Assembly (NCBI GenBank): GCA_965116905.1
Contig: OZ220732.1
Span: 1,632,001-1,696,000 of the forward strand
Reading direction: 5' to 3'
DNA: 64,000 nt
From: Longimicrobiales bacterium
GTDB taxonomy: Bacteria > Gemmatimonadota > Gemmatimonadetes > Longimicrobiales > Gaopeijiaceae
Part shown: in pieces, positions 26,196 through 36,214 of the stretch
Layout: every line of letters begins with the position of its first letter
Numbering within the stretch: the stretch's first letter is position 1
Translations under genes and position numbers: made by a program
Notes under the pieces: generated by a model
Databases searched by the model: none
Seen by the model: only the letters and a program-made list of their open reading frames with translations
Told to the model about the DNA's origin: nothing

Positions 26196-29100
26196 TGAGC
26201 CCCATGGCTTCGAGGTCCATGGCCCTCTCGCTCGCGCTGTGCGCGTCGGCCATGGCGTGCAGCGACTCGGCGGTGACGGCGGACCCAGCGGAAGCACTGG
26301 CGGCCGTCGCCGAAGACGTCTGGCAGCGGCAGCTGGAGGTGGATCTTCGGGCGCGCGCGCGGGAGGGCCTGCCCCTGGACCGGCTGCCGATCCCCACGCT
26401 CGAGCGCGCCCAGGCCGACGCCGACTTCAGCCGCGAGGTCCTCGACCGCCTCGACGCGATCGACTCCGACGCTCTCGAGGCCGACGACCTGATCACCTGG
26501 GAGCTTCTGCGCCGCCGTGCGGAGATGACGATCGAGGGCCTCGATCACTACTGGGTCATCACCAACGTCCTCACACCGTATTCATCGCCGATCGGGGCCA
26601 TGCGCCAGCTCTTCGGCATGGTGCCGGTGGCCGATGACGCGGGCCGCGACATCTACCTCACGCTCCTCGCCCAGGTCCCCGACGCGGTCGCGTTCGTCGA
26701 GTCCCATTCACGCGGCCAGATGGAACGGGGCATCACCGTGCCCGAGCCCAACATGGACGCCGTGGTGGGGATTGTTCGTGCGAGTATCGCCCCGTTTTCG
26801 ACCGGTCCCTTCGCGGTGGCGGAAGCGCGCCTCGGGGCTCAGGGCGGGGATCCGGACGCGGGTGACGCCACGGCGGCGTTCGTCGCCGAGGCCGAACGCA
26901 TCGTCGCGGACGAGATCAACCCCGCGCTGGAGCGCCTCGCCGCCTTCCTCGATGGCGAATACCGCGAGGCCGCCGCGCCCGAGGTCGGGTTGTCGCGCCA
27001 GCCCGGGGGTGAAGCGGCGTACCGCTACCTCGTGCGCTCCCACACCACGATGGACATCACCCCGGAGGAGATCCACGAGATCGGCCTGCAGAACGTGGCC
27101 GAGGTCGAGGAACAGATGCTCGCCGTCCAGGCCCGCATCGGCTTCGAGGGCTCGATCGACGACTTCCGGCGCCACATCCCCACCAACCCGGACTACTTCC
27201 CCAGGTCGGTGGAAGAGGTGCGGGAACGCTTCGATTCGCCTTCGCGGCGCTTCTTCGAGCGCGCGGACGAGTTCTTTCTCACCAAGCCCGACGCGCCCTT
27301 CGGCGCCCGGCGCCTCGATCCGGCCCTGGAGGGCTCCCAGACCTTCGGGTACTACAACCCGCCCACACCGAACGACCCGGTCGGCTACTACAACTTCAAC
27401 GGCTCCGACCTCGACCAGCGCAGCTGGCTCACCTACGCGGGGATTTCGCTTCACGAGCTCTTCCCCGGCCACCACTTCCACATCACGCGCCAATACGCCA
27501 ACGACGCCCTCACGGCGGTGCGGCGCAACGGCATGCACACGGCGTACACGGAGGGGTGGGGCATGTACTCGACCTTCCTGGGCATCGACTCGGGCTTCCT
27601 CGCCGACGATCCCCTGAGCGAGTACGGCGCCTACATGATGGAGATCTTCGTCGCCACCCGGCTCGTCGTCGACACGGGAATGAACCTGCTCGGCTGGACG
27701 CTGGAAGAGGGCCGCCAGTACATGCGCGACCACATCTTCGACTCCGAGACCCAGATCGCGTCCGAGTCCCTGCGCTATTCGACCGACATGTGGGGACAGG
27801 CGCTTGGCTACCAGATGGGGAAGCGCGCCATTCTTGGGCTGCGGCGCAAGGCGGAAGCGGAGCTGGGTGACGACTTCGACCTGCGCCGCTTCCACGAGGC
27901 CGTGCTGGAGCCGGGATCGGTCCCGATCACCGTCCTGGAAAGCCACATCGACCGCTTCATCGAGGCGGAGCAGCGCGCGGCCGGCGCCCGGTCCGGGGCC
28001 GACGTGGCCGGCGCCCGGTCCGTGGCCGGCGCCCAGTCCGGGGCCGACGTGGCCAGCGCGTACCGCCGCGCCCACGAGGCGGAGATCGTGCGCGACTTTG
28101 CCGAGATGCTGACCTACCCCAACCGCGCCCAGGACATCGAGGACGTCACGCGCGCCGGGCTCTACATCCGCGACCGCCTGCGCGAAGCGGGCGCCGAATC
28201 GGAGCTGTTGACCCTGGACGGCGTGGCGCCGCTTGTCTACGGCAGGCTGGCGGTGCCGGGCGCGACGCGTACGCTGGGCATCTACGCGCACTACGACGGC
28301 CAGCCGGTCGACCCCGCCAACTGGACCCACCCGCCCTTCGAGCCCACCCTCTATTCGGCCTCGATGGAGGCGGACGGCGAACCGATCCCGTTCCCGGAGC
28401 CTGGCGAGGCGGTCGACCCGGAGTGGCGCATCTACGCGCGTTCGGCCGGCGACGACAAGGCTCCCATCGCGGCGGTTCTCGAAGTCATGAAGGCTTTCCG
28501 CGATGCCGGCGTGACGCCCACCTCGAACCTGGTCTTCTTCTTCGACGGCGAAGAGGAGGCGGGTTCGCGGAACCTGGGCCGCTACATGGAAATGCGGCAC
28601 GACGTGCTCGACGAGATCGACATCTGGCTCTTCTTCGACGGGCCGGCCCACCAGAGCGGGCGCCCCCAGCTGACCTTCGGCGTGCGCGGCGCCATGGGCA
28701 TGGAGGTCACGGTCTACGGGGCCACGCGCAACCTGCATTCGGGCCACTACGGGAACTGGACGCCCGACACCGGGAACATCCTGGCGCACCTGCTGGCGTC
28801 GATGAAGGACGAAGACGGCCACGTGCTCGTCGAGGGCTGGTACGACACCGCCGACCCTATCGGCGACGAGGAACGGGCCGCGCTCGCGTCGATTCCCGAC
28901 GTGGACCCGCTCCTCCGCGAGCAGATGGGACTCGCGTGGACCGAGGGGCAGCCGGAGACGATCGCCGAGCGGCTGCTGCTGCCCGCGCTGAACATTCGCG
29001 GCATGACGAGCGGGAACACCGGCGCGCTGGCCCGGAACGTCATTCCGAACACGGCGGTGGCGGCGCTGGGCATCCGCCTGGTGAAGGGCAACGACCCCGA

Positions 29101-29521
29101 CCACCTGCGCCGGCTGATCGTGGATCACATCGAGGGGCAGGGATTCCACGTGGTGTCCGAGGATCCCGACATGGAGACGAGGCTGCGCTACCCGAGGATC
29201 GCCAAGGTGACGGGGGGCGGCGGCTATCCGGCGGCGCGCACCAGCATGGCCGATCCCTTCGTGAAGCAGGTCATCGGGGCGGCGACGCGGGCCGCCGACC
29301 GGGCGTTCGGGCCGGAAGCGCTCGTGCTCGCGCCGGGAATGGGGGGCACGCTGCCGCTCTACCTCTTCACCGATGTCGCGGGGAAGCCGGCGATCGTGGT
29401 CCCGGTGGCCAATCACGACAACAACCAGCACGCCCCCGACGAGAACCTGCGCATTGCGAACCTGTGGTACGCGATCGACCTCTACGCGGCGCTGCTCACC
29501 ATGCCGGGGGGCGTGTCGTGA
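26195..29521 (+). CDS. Lipoprotein fusion of a DUF885 domain and an M20/M25/M40 metallopeptidase
   Basis: N-half LHELFPGHH, TAYTEGWGMY, RLVVDTG, GQALGY; C-half YAHYDGQP, RSAGDDK, DGEEEAGS, LHSGHYG, NQHAPDEN; one continuous ORF. Confidence 0.85.
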   Translation: MSPMASRSMALSLALCASAMACSDSAVTADPAEALAAVAEDVWQRQLEVDLRARAREGLPLDRLPIPTLERAQADADFSREVLDRLDAIDSDALEADDLITWELLRRRAEMTIEGLDHYWVITNVLTPYSSPIGAMRQLFGMVPVADDAGRDIYLTLLAQVPDAVAFVESHSRGQMERGITVPEPNMDAVVGIVRASIAPFSTGPFAVAEARLGAQGGDPDAGDATAAFVAEAERIVADEINPALERLAAFLDGEYREAAAPEVGLSRQPGGEAAYRYLVRSHTTMDITPEEIHEIGLQNVAEVEEQMLAVQARIGFEGSIDDFRRHIPTNPDYFPRSVEEVRERFDSPSRRFFERADEFFLTKPDAPFGARRLDPALEGSQTFGYYNPPTPNDPVGYYNFNGSDLDQRSWLTYAGISLHELFPGHHFHITRQYANDALTAVRRNGMHTAYTEGWGMYSTFLGIDSGFLADDPLSEYGAYMMEIFVATRLVVDTGMNLLGWTLEEGRQYMRDHIFDSETQIASESLRYSTDMWGQALGYQMGKRAILGLRRKAEAELGDDFDLRRFHEAVLEPGSVPITVLESHIDRFIEAEQRAAGARSGADVAGARSVAGAQSGADVASAYRRAHEAEIVRDFAEMLTYPNRAQDIEDVTRAGLYIRDRLREAGAESELLTLDGVAPLVYGRLAVPGATRTLGIYAHYDGQPVDPANWTHPPFEPTLYSASMEADGEPIPFPEPGEAVDPEWRIYARSAGDDKAPIAAVLEVMKAFRDAGVTPTSNLVFFFDGEEEAGSRNLGRYMEMRHDVLDEIDIWLFFDGPAHQSGRPQLTFGVRGAMGMEVTVYGATRNLHSGHYGNWTPDTGNILAHLLASMKDEDGHVLVEGWYDTADPIGDEERAALASIPDVDPLLREQMGLAWTEGQPETIAERLLLPALNIRGMTSGNTGALARNVIPNTAVAALGIRLVKGNDPDHLRRLIVDHIEGQGFHVVSEDPDMETRLRYPRIAKVTGGGGYPAARTSMADPFVKQVIGAATRAADRAFGPEALVLAPGMGGTLPLYLFTDVAGKPAIVVPVANHDNNQHAPDENLRIANLWYAIDLYAALLTMPGGVS

Positions 29522-30669
29522 CGGCAGGGGAGGCGGTGGCGGGGGGGAACGGCGCCCCGCACGTCGAGTTCGGGGGAGTCAGCAAGAGCTACGACGGCAC
29601 CACCCTGGTCGTGAAGGACTTCAACCTCGAGGTGGCGAAGGGCGAGTTCGTCACCCTGCTGGGTCCCTCGGGATCGGGCAAGACCACGATCCTGATGATG
29701 TTGGCGGGCTTTCAGTCGGCTACGTCCGGACACATTCGGATCGAGGGCGAGTCGGTCGAGGATCTGCCTCCGCGAAGCCGCGGCATCGGGATGGTCTTTC
29801 AGAACTACGCCCTCTTTCCCCACATGACCGTCGGACAGAACCTCTCCTTCCCCCTCGAGGTCCGTGGGATGAGCGGCGAGGAGCGGCGGGAGCGGGTGGA
29901 ACGCGCGCTGGAGCTGGTTCGCCTGGAAGGGATGGAGAACCGTCGCCCGGGCCAGCTCTCCGGCGGGCAGCAACAACGCGTCGCGATCGCGCGCGCACTG
30001 GTCTTCGAGCCCAGTCTTGTCCTCATGGATGAGCCCCTCGGCGCGCTGGACCGGAGCCTGCGCGAGGAGATGCAATACGAAATCCGCCGCATCCACCGCG
30101 AGCTGGCGGTCACGGTCGTGTACGTGACCCACGACCAGCAGGAGGCGATGGTCATGTCCGACCGGATCGCCGTGCTCAAGGACGGGCAAGTCGAGCAGAT
30201 CGCCCCGCCGGAGGTGCTCTATGAAGAGCCCGAGCGCGCGTTCGTGGCGCGGTTCATCGGCGAAAACAACCGGCTGCACGGACGCGTTGCCACGGTCGAG
30301 GGGGAGTTCTGCGATGTCGAGGCGGGCCGCTCACGAATCCGGGCGCTCAGGGTTGTGGACTGCAGCCCGGGTGACCGGGTGACCCTGTCGATCCGTCCGG
30401 AACGCGTTTCGGTCAATCCCGAGCCGGGCGTGTTCGGTAACCAGGTGGGTGCCACGGTGCGCGACCTGGCGTTCCTGGGCGATCACCTGCGGGTGCACAT
30501 GGAGGCCTGCGGCCGCAAGGACTTCATCGCGAAGATCCCCAACGTCGTGGGACACGGCGGGATTCTGGTGGGCGACACGGTCCGCGTCGGCTGGACGGTC
30601 ACCGACTGCCGGGTCCTCGACTACGAAACCAAGTCGGAACGAAAGGAAGAAGATGACGAAACCACCTGA
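29518..30669 (+). CDS. Polyamine-type ABC transporter ATP-binding protein (PotA-like)
   Basis: GPSGSGKT, VFQNYALFPHM, LSGGQQQR, LMDEP, C-terminal TOBE domain. Confidence 0.92.
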   Translation: MTAGEAVAGGNGAPHVEFGGVSKSYDGTTLVVKDFNLEVAKGEFVTLLGPSGSGKTTILMMLAGFQSATSGHIRIEGESVEDLPPRSRGIGMVFQNYALFPHMTVGQNLSFPLEVRGMSGEERRERVERALELVRLEGMENRRPGQLSGGQQQRVAIARALVFEPSLVLMDEPLGALDRSLREEMQYEIRRIHRELAVTVVYVTHDQQEAMVMSDRIAVLKDGQVEQIAPPEVLYEEPERAFVARFIGENNRLHGRVATVEGEFCDVEAGRSRIRALRVVDCSPGDRVTLSIRPERVSVNPEPGVFGNQVGATVRDLAFLGDHLRVHMEACGRKDFIAKIPNVVGHGGILVGDTVRVGWTVTDCRVLDYETKSERKEEDDETT

Positions 30670-31783
30670 GCGCCGGTTGCGCCCCCGCACGAAGACCTGC
30701 GGCGGCCTCCCGGGGTTGGCGGCGCTTCTGGCCATTGCGTGCGCCGGCACATTGCACGAAGCGCATGCGCAGTCGCTCACGACCGTTTCCTGGGGAGGCT
30801 CCTACGGTCGGGCGGTGAACGAAGGCATCAACATCCCCTTCACGGCCGAGACCGGGATCCGGATCAACGTGGAGGACTACAACGGCGGGCTCGCGCAGAT
30901 TCGCGCCCAGGTGGACGTAGGCAACATTCACTGGGACGTCGTGGACCTCGAGATCGCGGACGCGGTGCGCGGATGCGACGAAGGGCTCCTGGAGCTGATC
31001 GACGTCGCCTCGATGCCTCCGGGAGCGGATGGAACGCCGGCCGAGGACGATTTCGCTCCGGACTCCCGGACCGAATGCGGAGTGGGGGCGGTCTACTGGT
31101 CTACGGTCTACGCCTACAACTCGGAGAACATCGCCGGGGAGAAGCCCGCGACGATGGCGGACTTCTTCGACCTCGACAGGTTCCCCGGCCGGCGGGGCAT
31201 GCGGCGGGTCCCCCAGGTCAACCTGGAATTCGCGCTGATCGCCGATGGTGTCCCGCTGGACGAGGTGTACGCGGTGCTCGACACGCCGGAAGGTCTGAAT
31301 CGCGCCTTCCGCAAGCTGGACACGATCAAGGATCAGGTGATCTGGTGGGAGGCCGGAGCCCAGCCGCCGCAGATGCTTGCGGACGGAGAGGTCGCGATGA
31401 GCACGGCCTACAACGGCCGCATCTTCAACGCGCAGGTGCTCGAGAATCAGCCGTTCGTGATCGTCTGGGACGGCCAGCTGCTCGACGTCGGGCAGATCGG
31501 AATCGTGGCGGGCACGCCGAGGCTGGAAGCGGCGCTCCGGTACGTCGCCTTCGCCAGCCGCGCCGAGCAGCAGGCCGCGGTCGGACGGCGCATCTCATAC
31601 TCCCCGACGCGCCGTTCGGGAGCGCCCCTTGTCACCACCCACGTGGAGACGGGCGTGGAGATGGCCCCGCACCTGCCCGCGAGTCCCGGCAACGTGGATC
31701 GCGCGTTGCGCTACGACTGGCAGTGGTGGGTCGACAACCAGGACGAGTTGAACGAGCGCTTCAGCGCCTGGCTGGCCCGCTAG
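30653..31783 (+). CDS. Polyamine-type ABC transporter substrate-binding protein
   Basis: Signal peptide; SWGGSY, WDVVD, FFDLDRFPGRRG, LEFALIADGV, AYNGR. Confidence 0.9.
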   Translation: MTKPPERRLRPRTKTCGGLPGLAALLAIACAGTLHEAHAQSLTTVSWGGSYGRAVNEGINIPFTAETGIRINVEDYNGGLAQIRAQVDVGNIHWDVVDLEIADAVRGCDEGLLELIDVASMPPGADGTPAEDDFAPDSRTECGVGAVYWSTVYAYNSENIAGEKPATMADFFDLDRFPGRRGMRRVPQVNLEFALIADGVPLDEVYAVLDTPEGLNRAFRKLDTIKDQVIWWEAGAQPPQMLADGEVAMSTAYNGRIFNAQVLENQPFVIVWDGQLLDVGQIGIVAGTPRLEAALRYVAFASRAEQQAAVGRRISYSPTRRSGAPLVTTHVETGVEMAPHLPASPGNVDRALRYDWQWWVDNQDELNERFSAWLAR

Positions 31784-31787
31784 ACCG

Positions 31788-32972
31788 ATGGGCCGCGAGC
31801 GTCTGCGGGCCGTGCTCCTGGTGGTGCCGCTGCTGCTCTTCATCGGCGTCACCTTCCTCGCGCCCCTGGGGATGATGCTGCTCCGCAGCGTGCACGATCC
31901 CGTGGTGGCGGACGCCCTTCCCGAAACGCTGGAAGTGCTTCGTGAGTGGGAGGGCGAGGGAGTTCCCGCCGAGGCCGCCTACGAGGCCATCGCCCGCGAG
32001 TTGACACGTGCCCGCGAGGAGAGGACCCTCGGGCAGGTCGCGGGGCGGGTCAACCGCGTCGAGAGCGGAATGCGCAGCCTGTTCACGCGGACCGCGCGCG
32101 GGTTGCCGGACGTGGCCGACGGACCGTGGCGCGAGGTGATGGTCGAACTGGACGAGGCGTGGGGCCAGCCGGCGGTCTGGAGCGCCGTCCGCGCCACCGG
32201 GCAGCGCTTTACGGCCCGCCACTACCTCAATGCGGTCGACATGCAGCGGCTGCCCGATGGGTCCGTGGCTCGTCAGCCGGAAGAGCGGCGGATCTACATG
32301 TCGCTCATGTGGCGCACGCTGTGGGTCAGCGGGGCGATCACGCTGCTCTGTCTCCTGCTGGGCTACCCGATCGCACATCTGATCGCCCATTCGCCGCCCC
32401 GCCGGGCCAACCTGCTTCTGCTGCTGGTGCTGGTTCCGTTCTGGACCTCGCTGCTGGTGCGCACGACCGCGTGGATCGTACTGCTGCAAACGCAGGGGGT
32501 GATCAACGACATCCTTGTGGCCATGGGGCTGGTCGGCGACGACGGCCGCCTCACCATGATCTACAACATGACGGGCACGATCGTGGCGATGACGCATGTA
32601 CTGCTTCCGTTCATGGTCCTCCCGCTGTACTCGGTCATGCGCGCGATCCCTCCGCGGTACATGGACGCGGCCGCTTCCCTGGGCGCGACGCCCGTTCAGG
32701 CCTTTCGCCGGGTCTACTGGCCCCAGACGCTGCCCGGCGTGGGCGCGGGCTCGCTCCTCGTCTTCATCCTGGCGATCGGGTACTACATCACCCCGGCGCT
32801 CGTCGGCGGCTCCAGCGGTCAGCTGATCTCGAACATGGTCGCCTACCACATGCAGACGTCGCTCAACTGGGGGCTCGCGGGGGCGCTGGGCGGAATCATG
32901 CTGGCAGGGGTCTTCGTGCTGTACGTACTCTACGACCGGCTCGTGGGCATCGAGCGGCTGAGCCTGAGTTGA
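31788..32972 (+). CDS. ABC transporter permease (PotB-like)
   Basis: LGYPIA, PFWTSLLVRT, LPFMVLPLYS, EAA-like loop AAASLGA. Confidence 0.9.
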   Translation: MGRERLRAVLLVVPLLLFIGVTFLAPLGMMLLRSVHDPVVADALPETLEVLREWEGEGVPAEAAYEAIARELTRAREERTLGQVAGRVNRVESGMRSLFTRTARGLPDVADGPWREVMVELDEAWGQPAVWSAVRATGQRFTARHYLNAVDMQRLPDGSVARQPEERRIYMSLMWRTLWVSGAITLLCLLLGYPIAHLIAHSPPRRANLLLLLVLVPFWTSLLVRTTAWIVLLQTQGVINDILVAMGLVGDDGRLTMIYNMTGTIVAMTHVLLPFMVLPLYSVMRAIPPRYMDAAASLGATPVQAFRRVYWPQTLPGVGAGSLLVFILAIGYYITPALVGGSSGQLISNMVAYHMQTSLNWGLAGALGGIMLAGVFVLYVLYDRLVGIERLSLS

Positions 32973-32979
32973 GATCGCC

Positions 32980-33822
32980 GTGTCCGTCCTGACCTCCACC
33001 GCGGGTGCCCGCAACGCGGCGCTGGGCCGCTACGCCTACCTGGGGTTCTGCGCGCTGGTGTTCCTGTTTCTGGTCGCGCCGATCCTCGTGATCGTGCCGC
33101 TCAGCTTCAACGCCGAACCGTACTTCACCTTCACCGAGGGCATGCTCAGCTTCGACGCGGAGGCGTACTCGCTGCGCTGGTATCGGGAGATCGTGGAGAA
33201 CGAGGAGTGGCGCCGGAGCCTCGTGAACAGCCTGACCATCGGGATCTCGGCCACCGCGCTTGCCACCGTTCTGGGGACGTGCGCCGCGTTGGGGCTGGCG
33301 AACGCACACATGCCCGCACGCCGCCTCGTCACCGGGCTGCTGATCTCGCCGATGGTCACCCCGGTGATCATCTCGGCGGCCGGGATGTTCTTCTTCTATT
33401 CGAGCATCGGGCTCGGCCAGACCCACCTCGGGCTGATCCTGGCGCACACCGCGCTCGGCATTCCGTTCGTGGTAATCACCGTGACGGCCACGCTCGCCAG
33501 CTTCGACAACAACCTCACCCGGGCGGCGGCGTCCCTGGGGGCGGGCCCCGTGCGCACGTTCCGCAAGGTGCAGCTGCCGCTGATCGCCCCGGGCGTGCTG
33601 TCGGGCGGGCTGTTCGCGTTCGCGACGTCCTTCGACGAGGTGGTCGTGGTGCTGTTCATGGCGGGGGTCGAGCAGCGCACGATCCCGCGCCAGATGTGGG
33701 CGGGGATCCGCGAGCAGATCAGCCCCGCGATCCTGGCCGTCGCGACCTTCCTGATCGGGTTCGCCGTGCTCCTGCTCTTCGCGGTGGAGTGGCTGAGGAG
33801 GCGGAACGGGTCGGCGCCCTAG
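32980..33822 (+). CDS. ABC transporter permease (PotC-like)
   Basis: PLSFN, YSLRWY, AAASLGA, FAFATSFDEVV. Confidence 0.9.
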   Translation: MSVLTSTAGARNAALGRYAYLGFCALVFLFLVAPILVIVPLSFNAEPYFTFTEGMLSFDAEAYSLRWYREIVENEEWRRSLVNSLTIGISATALATVLGTCAALGLANAHMPARRLVTGLLISPMVTPVIISAAGMFFFYSSIGLGQTHLGLILAHTALGIPFVVITVTATLASFDNNLTRAAASLGAGPVRTFRKVQLPLIAPGVLSGGLFAFATSFDEVVVVLFMAGVEQRTIPRQMWAGIREQISPAILAVATFLIGFAVLLLFAVEWLRRRNGSAP

Positions 33823-33833
33823 CGCGGATAGCC

Positions 33834-33927
33834 GCGTCCGGCCCCGCGCTGCGGCGTCCGGCCCTGCGCAGTGCGTCCGGCCCTGGCGCAGTGCGTCCGG
33901 CCCCGCGCCAGGTGCGTCCGCCCCCGC
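33834..33927. repeat. Five degenerate ~20-bp tandem repeats (GCGTCCGGCCC...) between convergent genes
   Basis: GCGTCCG at 33834, 33854, 33873, 33893 and 33914. Confidence 0.8.
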
Positions 33928-33931
33928 CCGC

Positions 33932-34363
33932 TCAGTTGTTCGGCGCGCCCGCCTCGATCCACGCCCGGATCAGCGCGATCTCGTCTTCGGGCACCGGGTC
34001 GCCCGCCTCGGGCATGGTCCCGTCGGTGATCATGTCCAGCAGGAAGCTGTTGGCCGGATCTCCCGCCTCGATGACCGTCCCGAATTCGGACCCCATCATG
34101 ACCCGCTCGTAGTTGAGAAGGTTCAGGCTGACCTCGGTGCGCACCTCGCCGTTTTCGTCCTCGGCGCCGTGACACTCGGCGCAACGTTGCCGGAAAATGG
34201 GCAGGATGTCCTCGGCGAAGCTGACGGTATCCTGGGGCACGGTCAAAGCGGCCACTCCGCCGGATCCGAGCGACCCCGAAGCCCCCAGGCTCACCACCAC
34301 AGCACCCGCCACCAGAATCGCGGACGCACCCCGTGCCTTGTTCACTATTCGCTCAATTGTCAT
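33932..34363 (-). CDS. Monoheme c-type cytochrome (planctomycete cytochrome c-like domain)
   Basis: Signal/TM segment; VSFAEDILPIF...CAECHG; GDPANSFL; MP; IRAWIEAGA. Confidence 0.85.
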   Translation of the reverse strand: MTIERIVNKARGASAILVAGAVVVSLGASGSLGSGGVAALTVPQDTVSFAEDILPIFRQRCAECHGAEDENGEVRTEVSLNLLNYERVMMGSEFGTVIEAGDPANSFLLDMITDGTMPEAGDPVPEDEIALIRAWIEAGAPNN

Positions 34364-34379
34364 GGATGCTCCGAGGTGG

Positions 34380-35033
34380 TCAACCCAGCCCCTCGGCCTC
34401 CTTCATCAGGCGCAGGTGCGTAGCCGCCTGCTCCAGGCCGCCTTCGCCCTCGCCCCAGGACACGCGCCCGTTCCCGTCGGCGTCGGTGCCGGACAGGATC
34501 GCCTGGGTCATCGCGGCGATCTCCTCCGCGAGCGCCTTCGCAGCCGCCATGTCGGTGGCGGCTGCAACCTCGGCCGCCTTCTCGGCGATGCTCTCGGCCC
34601 ACATCGCGACGTTGCTGCAGCTCGTCCCGACATGGTTCGAGTGGGCCTTGACCGCGTCCGAAGCGTCGTCGGACCCGCCGGCCATGCCGATGTGCTGGGC
34701 ACAGCCGCCGGCCGCCCGCGCGAGCCCATAGCCCTTGCCGGGACCCCTCTCGGAGGTCGACGGATCGACCGCGTGCAGCACGTGGACGATGTGCCGCTGA
34801 ATCCCGGCCAGATCGTCGGATCCCGCCGCCAGGCCGGCGTGCTGAGCTGCGACCTCCGCCTCGGCCTGGGCGGCCGCGAGCAACCCGACGTTGTCCGGGG
34901 TGCCGTTGAACATGTCGCCGACATGGCCGATGTGACGGTGCGCGGCGCTTTGGGCTTCCGCGGTATCGGGCGCAGCGGCCACGAGGACCGCGGCTGCCAG
35001 GGCTGCGCCGATCGCGACGTTCGCTTTCGCCAT
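34380..35033 (-). CDS. Secreted His-rich helical hypothetical protein
   Basis: Signal peptide ending AEA-Q; HRHIGH, RHIVHVLH, HSNH; DADGNG loop; AAGGAG SD. Confidence 0.75.
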   Translation of the reverse strand: MAKANVAIGAALAAAVLVAAAPDTAEAQSAAHRHIGHVGDMFNGTPDNVGLLAAAQAEAEVAAQHAGLAAGSDDLAGIQRHIVHVLHAVDPSTSERGPGKGYGLARAAGGCAQHIGMAGGSDDASDAVKAHSNHVGTSCSNVAMWAESIAEKAAEVAAATDMAAAKALAEEIAAMTQAILSGTDADGNGRVSWGEGEGGLEQAATHLRLMKEAEGLG

Positions 35034-35252
35034 GTTGCTACTCCTTGGGTTTAGAGTGTGACGATTTCGTAAGACAGGTCGTTTGCGGGCGAAAAAGGTA
35101 CGCATCTTTGCCGGGCTGAACCAGATGGGGCCACGCCGCCACACGGCCGGCCGGCCCGCGCCTGGCCCCTGTTGCCGCCCGGGCCCGAGCCATAGACTTG
35201 CCCCAGGCCGGTCCCCGAGCCGGTCGCGACACCCGAACACGGCCAGAATGCC

Positions 35253-36143
35253 ATGTCCCCGCGCAAGCCGAAGACCCCGACTCTCCCGCTGATCCTGTCG
35301 CTGGCTGTGACCGTCACGGCTGCGTTCTCCGCCGCCGGTTGCGCCGCTCCAGAGCAGCCGGGCTCCGCAGAGGCCGGAGCGGACGCCGCGGCCGATCCCG
35401 CCGCTGCCACGTCCACCGCCGCCGCCACCGCCGCCCCTGCCGACGCGTCAGCCCTCGCCCAGCTCCTCGCTGACGGCCGCGCGGTCTTCGGCACGTTCTC
35501 CGGCCCCACCACTGCCGAACAGGGCGCGCTGATGGGCCAGAACCGCGACCTCGACTTCGTCTTCTACTCCCTGGAGTCCGGCCCGTTCGACATTATGTCA
35601 ACCAGAGTTTACATGTCGGGCATTGCGGAAGGGTCGGGAACCGAAGCGCCGCACCCCCTGATCCTGCGTGTGCCGCCGATCAGAAACGGTGTGGACGCGG
35701 CCGCCGCCCACGTCGCCGAGGCGCTGGACGCCGGTGTGGCCGCGATCGTCTTCCCCCATGTGGAATCAGCGGAGGACGCCGCCGTGGCCGTCTCGGTGAT
35801 GGGCGATGAACTCTGGCCCGGCAACGCATCGGGCACGCTGCTGAGCATCCTGATCGTAGAGGATCGCAGCGGGGTCGAGCGCGTGGACGAGATCGTCGCG
35901 ACGCCGGGCGTGAGCGTGGTCTTCGCCGGTCCTGGCGACCTGCGCCGCTCCTACGAGGGTGACATGGAGGCGGTGGAAGGCGCGATCCAGACCGTGCTGT
36001 CAGCGTGCCAGGCCCACGGGGTGCCGTGCGGCATTACCGCGGGCGTCGACGATGTCGCCGAACGGATCGCGCAGGGCTTCCGAATGTTTATCGTGAGTGA
36101 TCCGGCGGCGGTGACGGCGGGGCGGATGGCGGCGGGGCGCTAG
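35253..36143 (+). CDS. HpcH/HpaI aldolase / citrate lyase family protein with lipoprotein signal
   Basis: Lipobox AAGC; LDAGVAAIVFPHVES, IVED, FAGPGDL, VPCGIT. Confidence 0.75.
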   Translation: MSPRKPKTPTLPLILSLAVTVTAAFSAAGCAAPEQPGSAEAGADAAADPAAATSTAAATAAPADASALAQLLADGRAVFGTFSGPTTAEQGALMGQNRDLDFVFYSLESGPFDIMSTRVYMSGIAEGSGTEAPHPLILRVPPIRNGVDAAAAHVAEALDAGVAAIVFPHVESAEDAAVAVSVMGDELWPGNASGTLLSILIVEDRSGVERVDEIVATPGVSVVFAGPGDLRRSYEGDMEAVEGAIQTVLSACQAHGVPCGITAGVDDVAERIAQGFRMFIVSDPAAVTAGRMAAGR

Positions 36144-36181
36144 GCCGAGCACGGACCCATCGGCAGGACTCGTCGCGCTCT

Positions 36182-36214
36182 TAGTTTAGTTTACGGTCTA
36201 AACTGTACTAACAG
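36182..36214. promoter_or_regulatory. Orphan copy of the fic-upstream palindrome
   Basis: TAGTTTAGTTTA-cggtc-TAAACTGTACTA-ACAG versus 13884-13916. Confidence 0.6.

Noticed and set aside
26708..29431. 907-aa minus-strand ORF, and similar long antisense ORFs such as 36198-38987, 1774-3396, 8455-9699 and 21142-22869
   Set aside because: Shadow ORFs opposite well-supported genes, expected from high GC3; no recognisable motifs.
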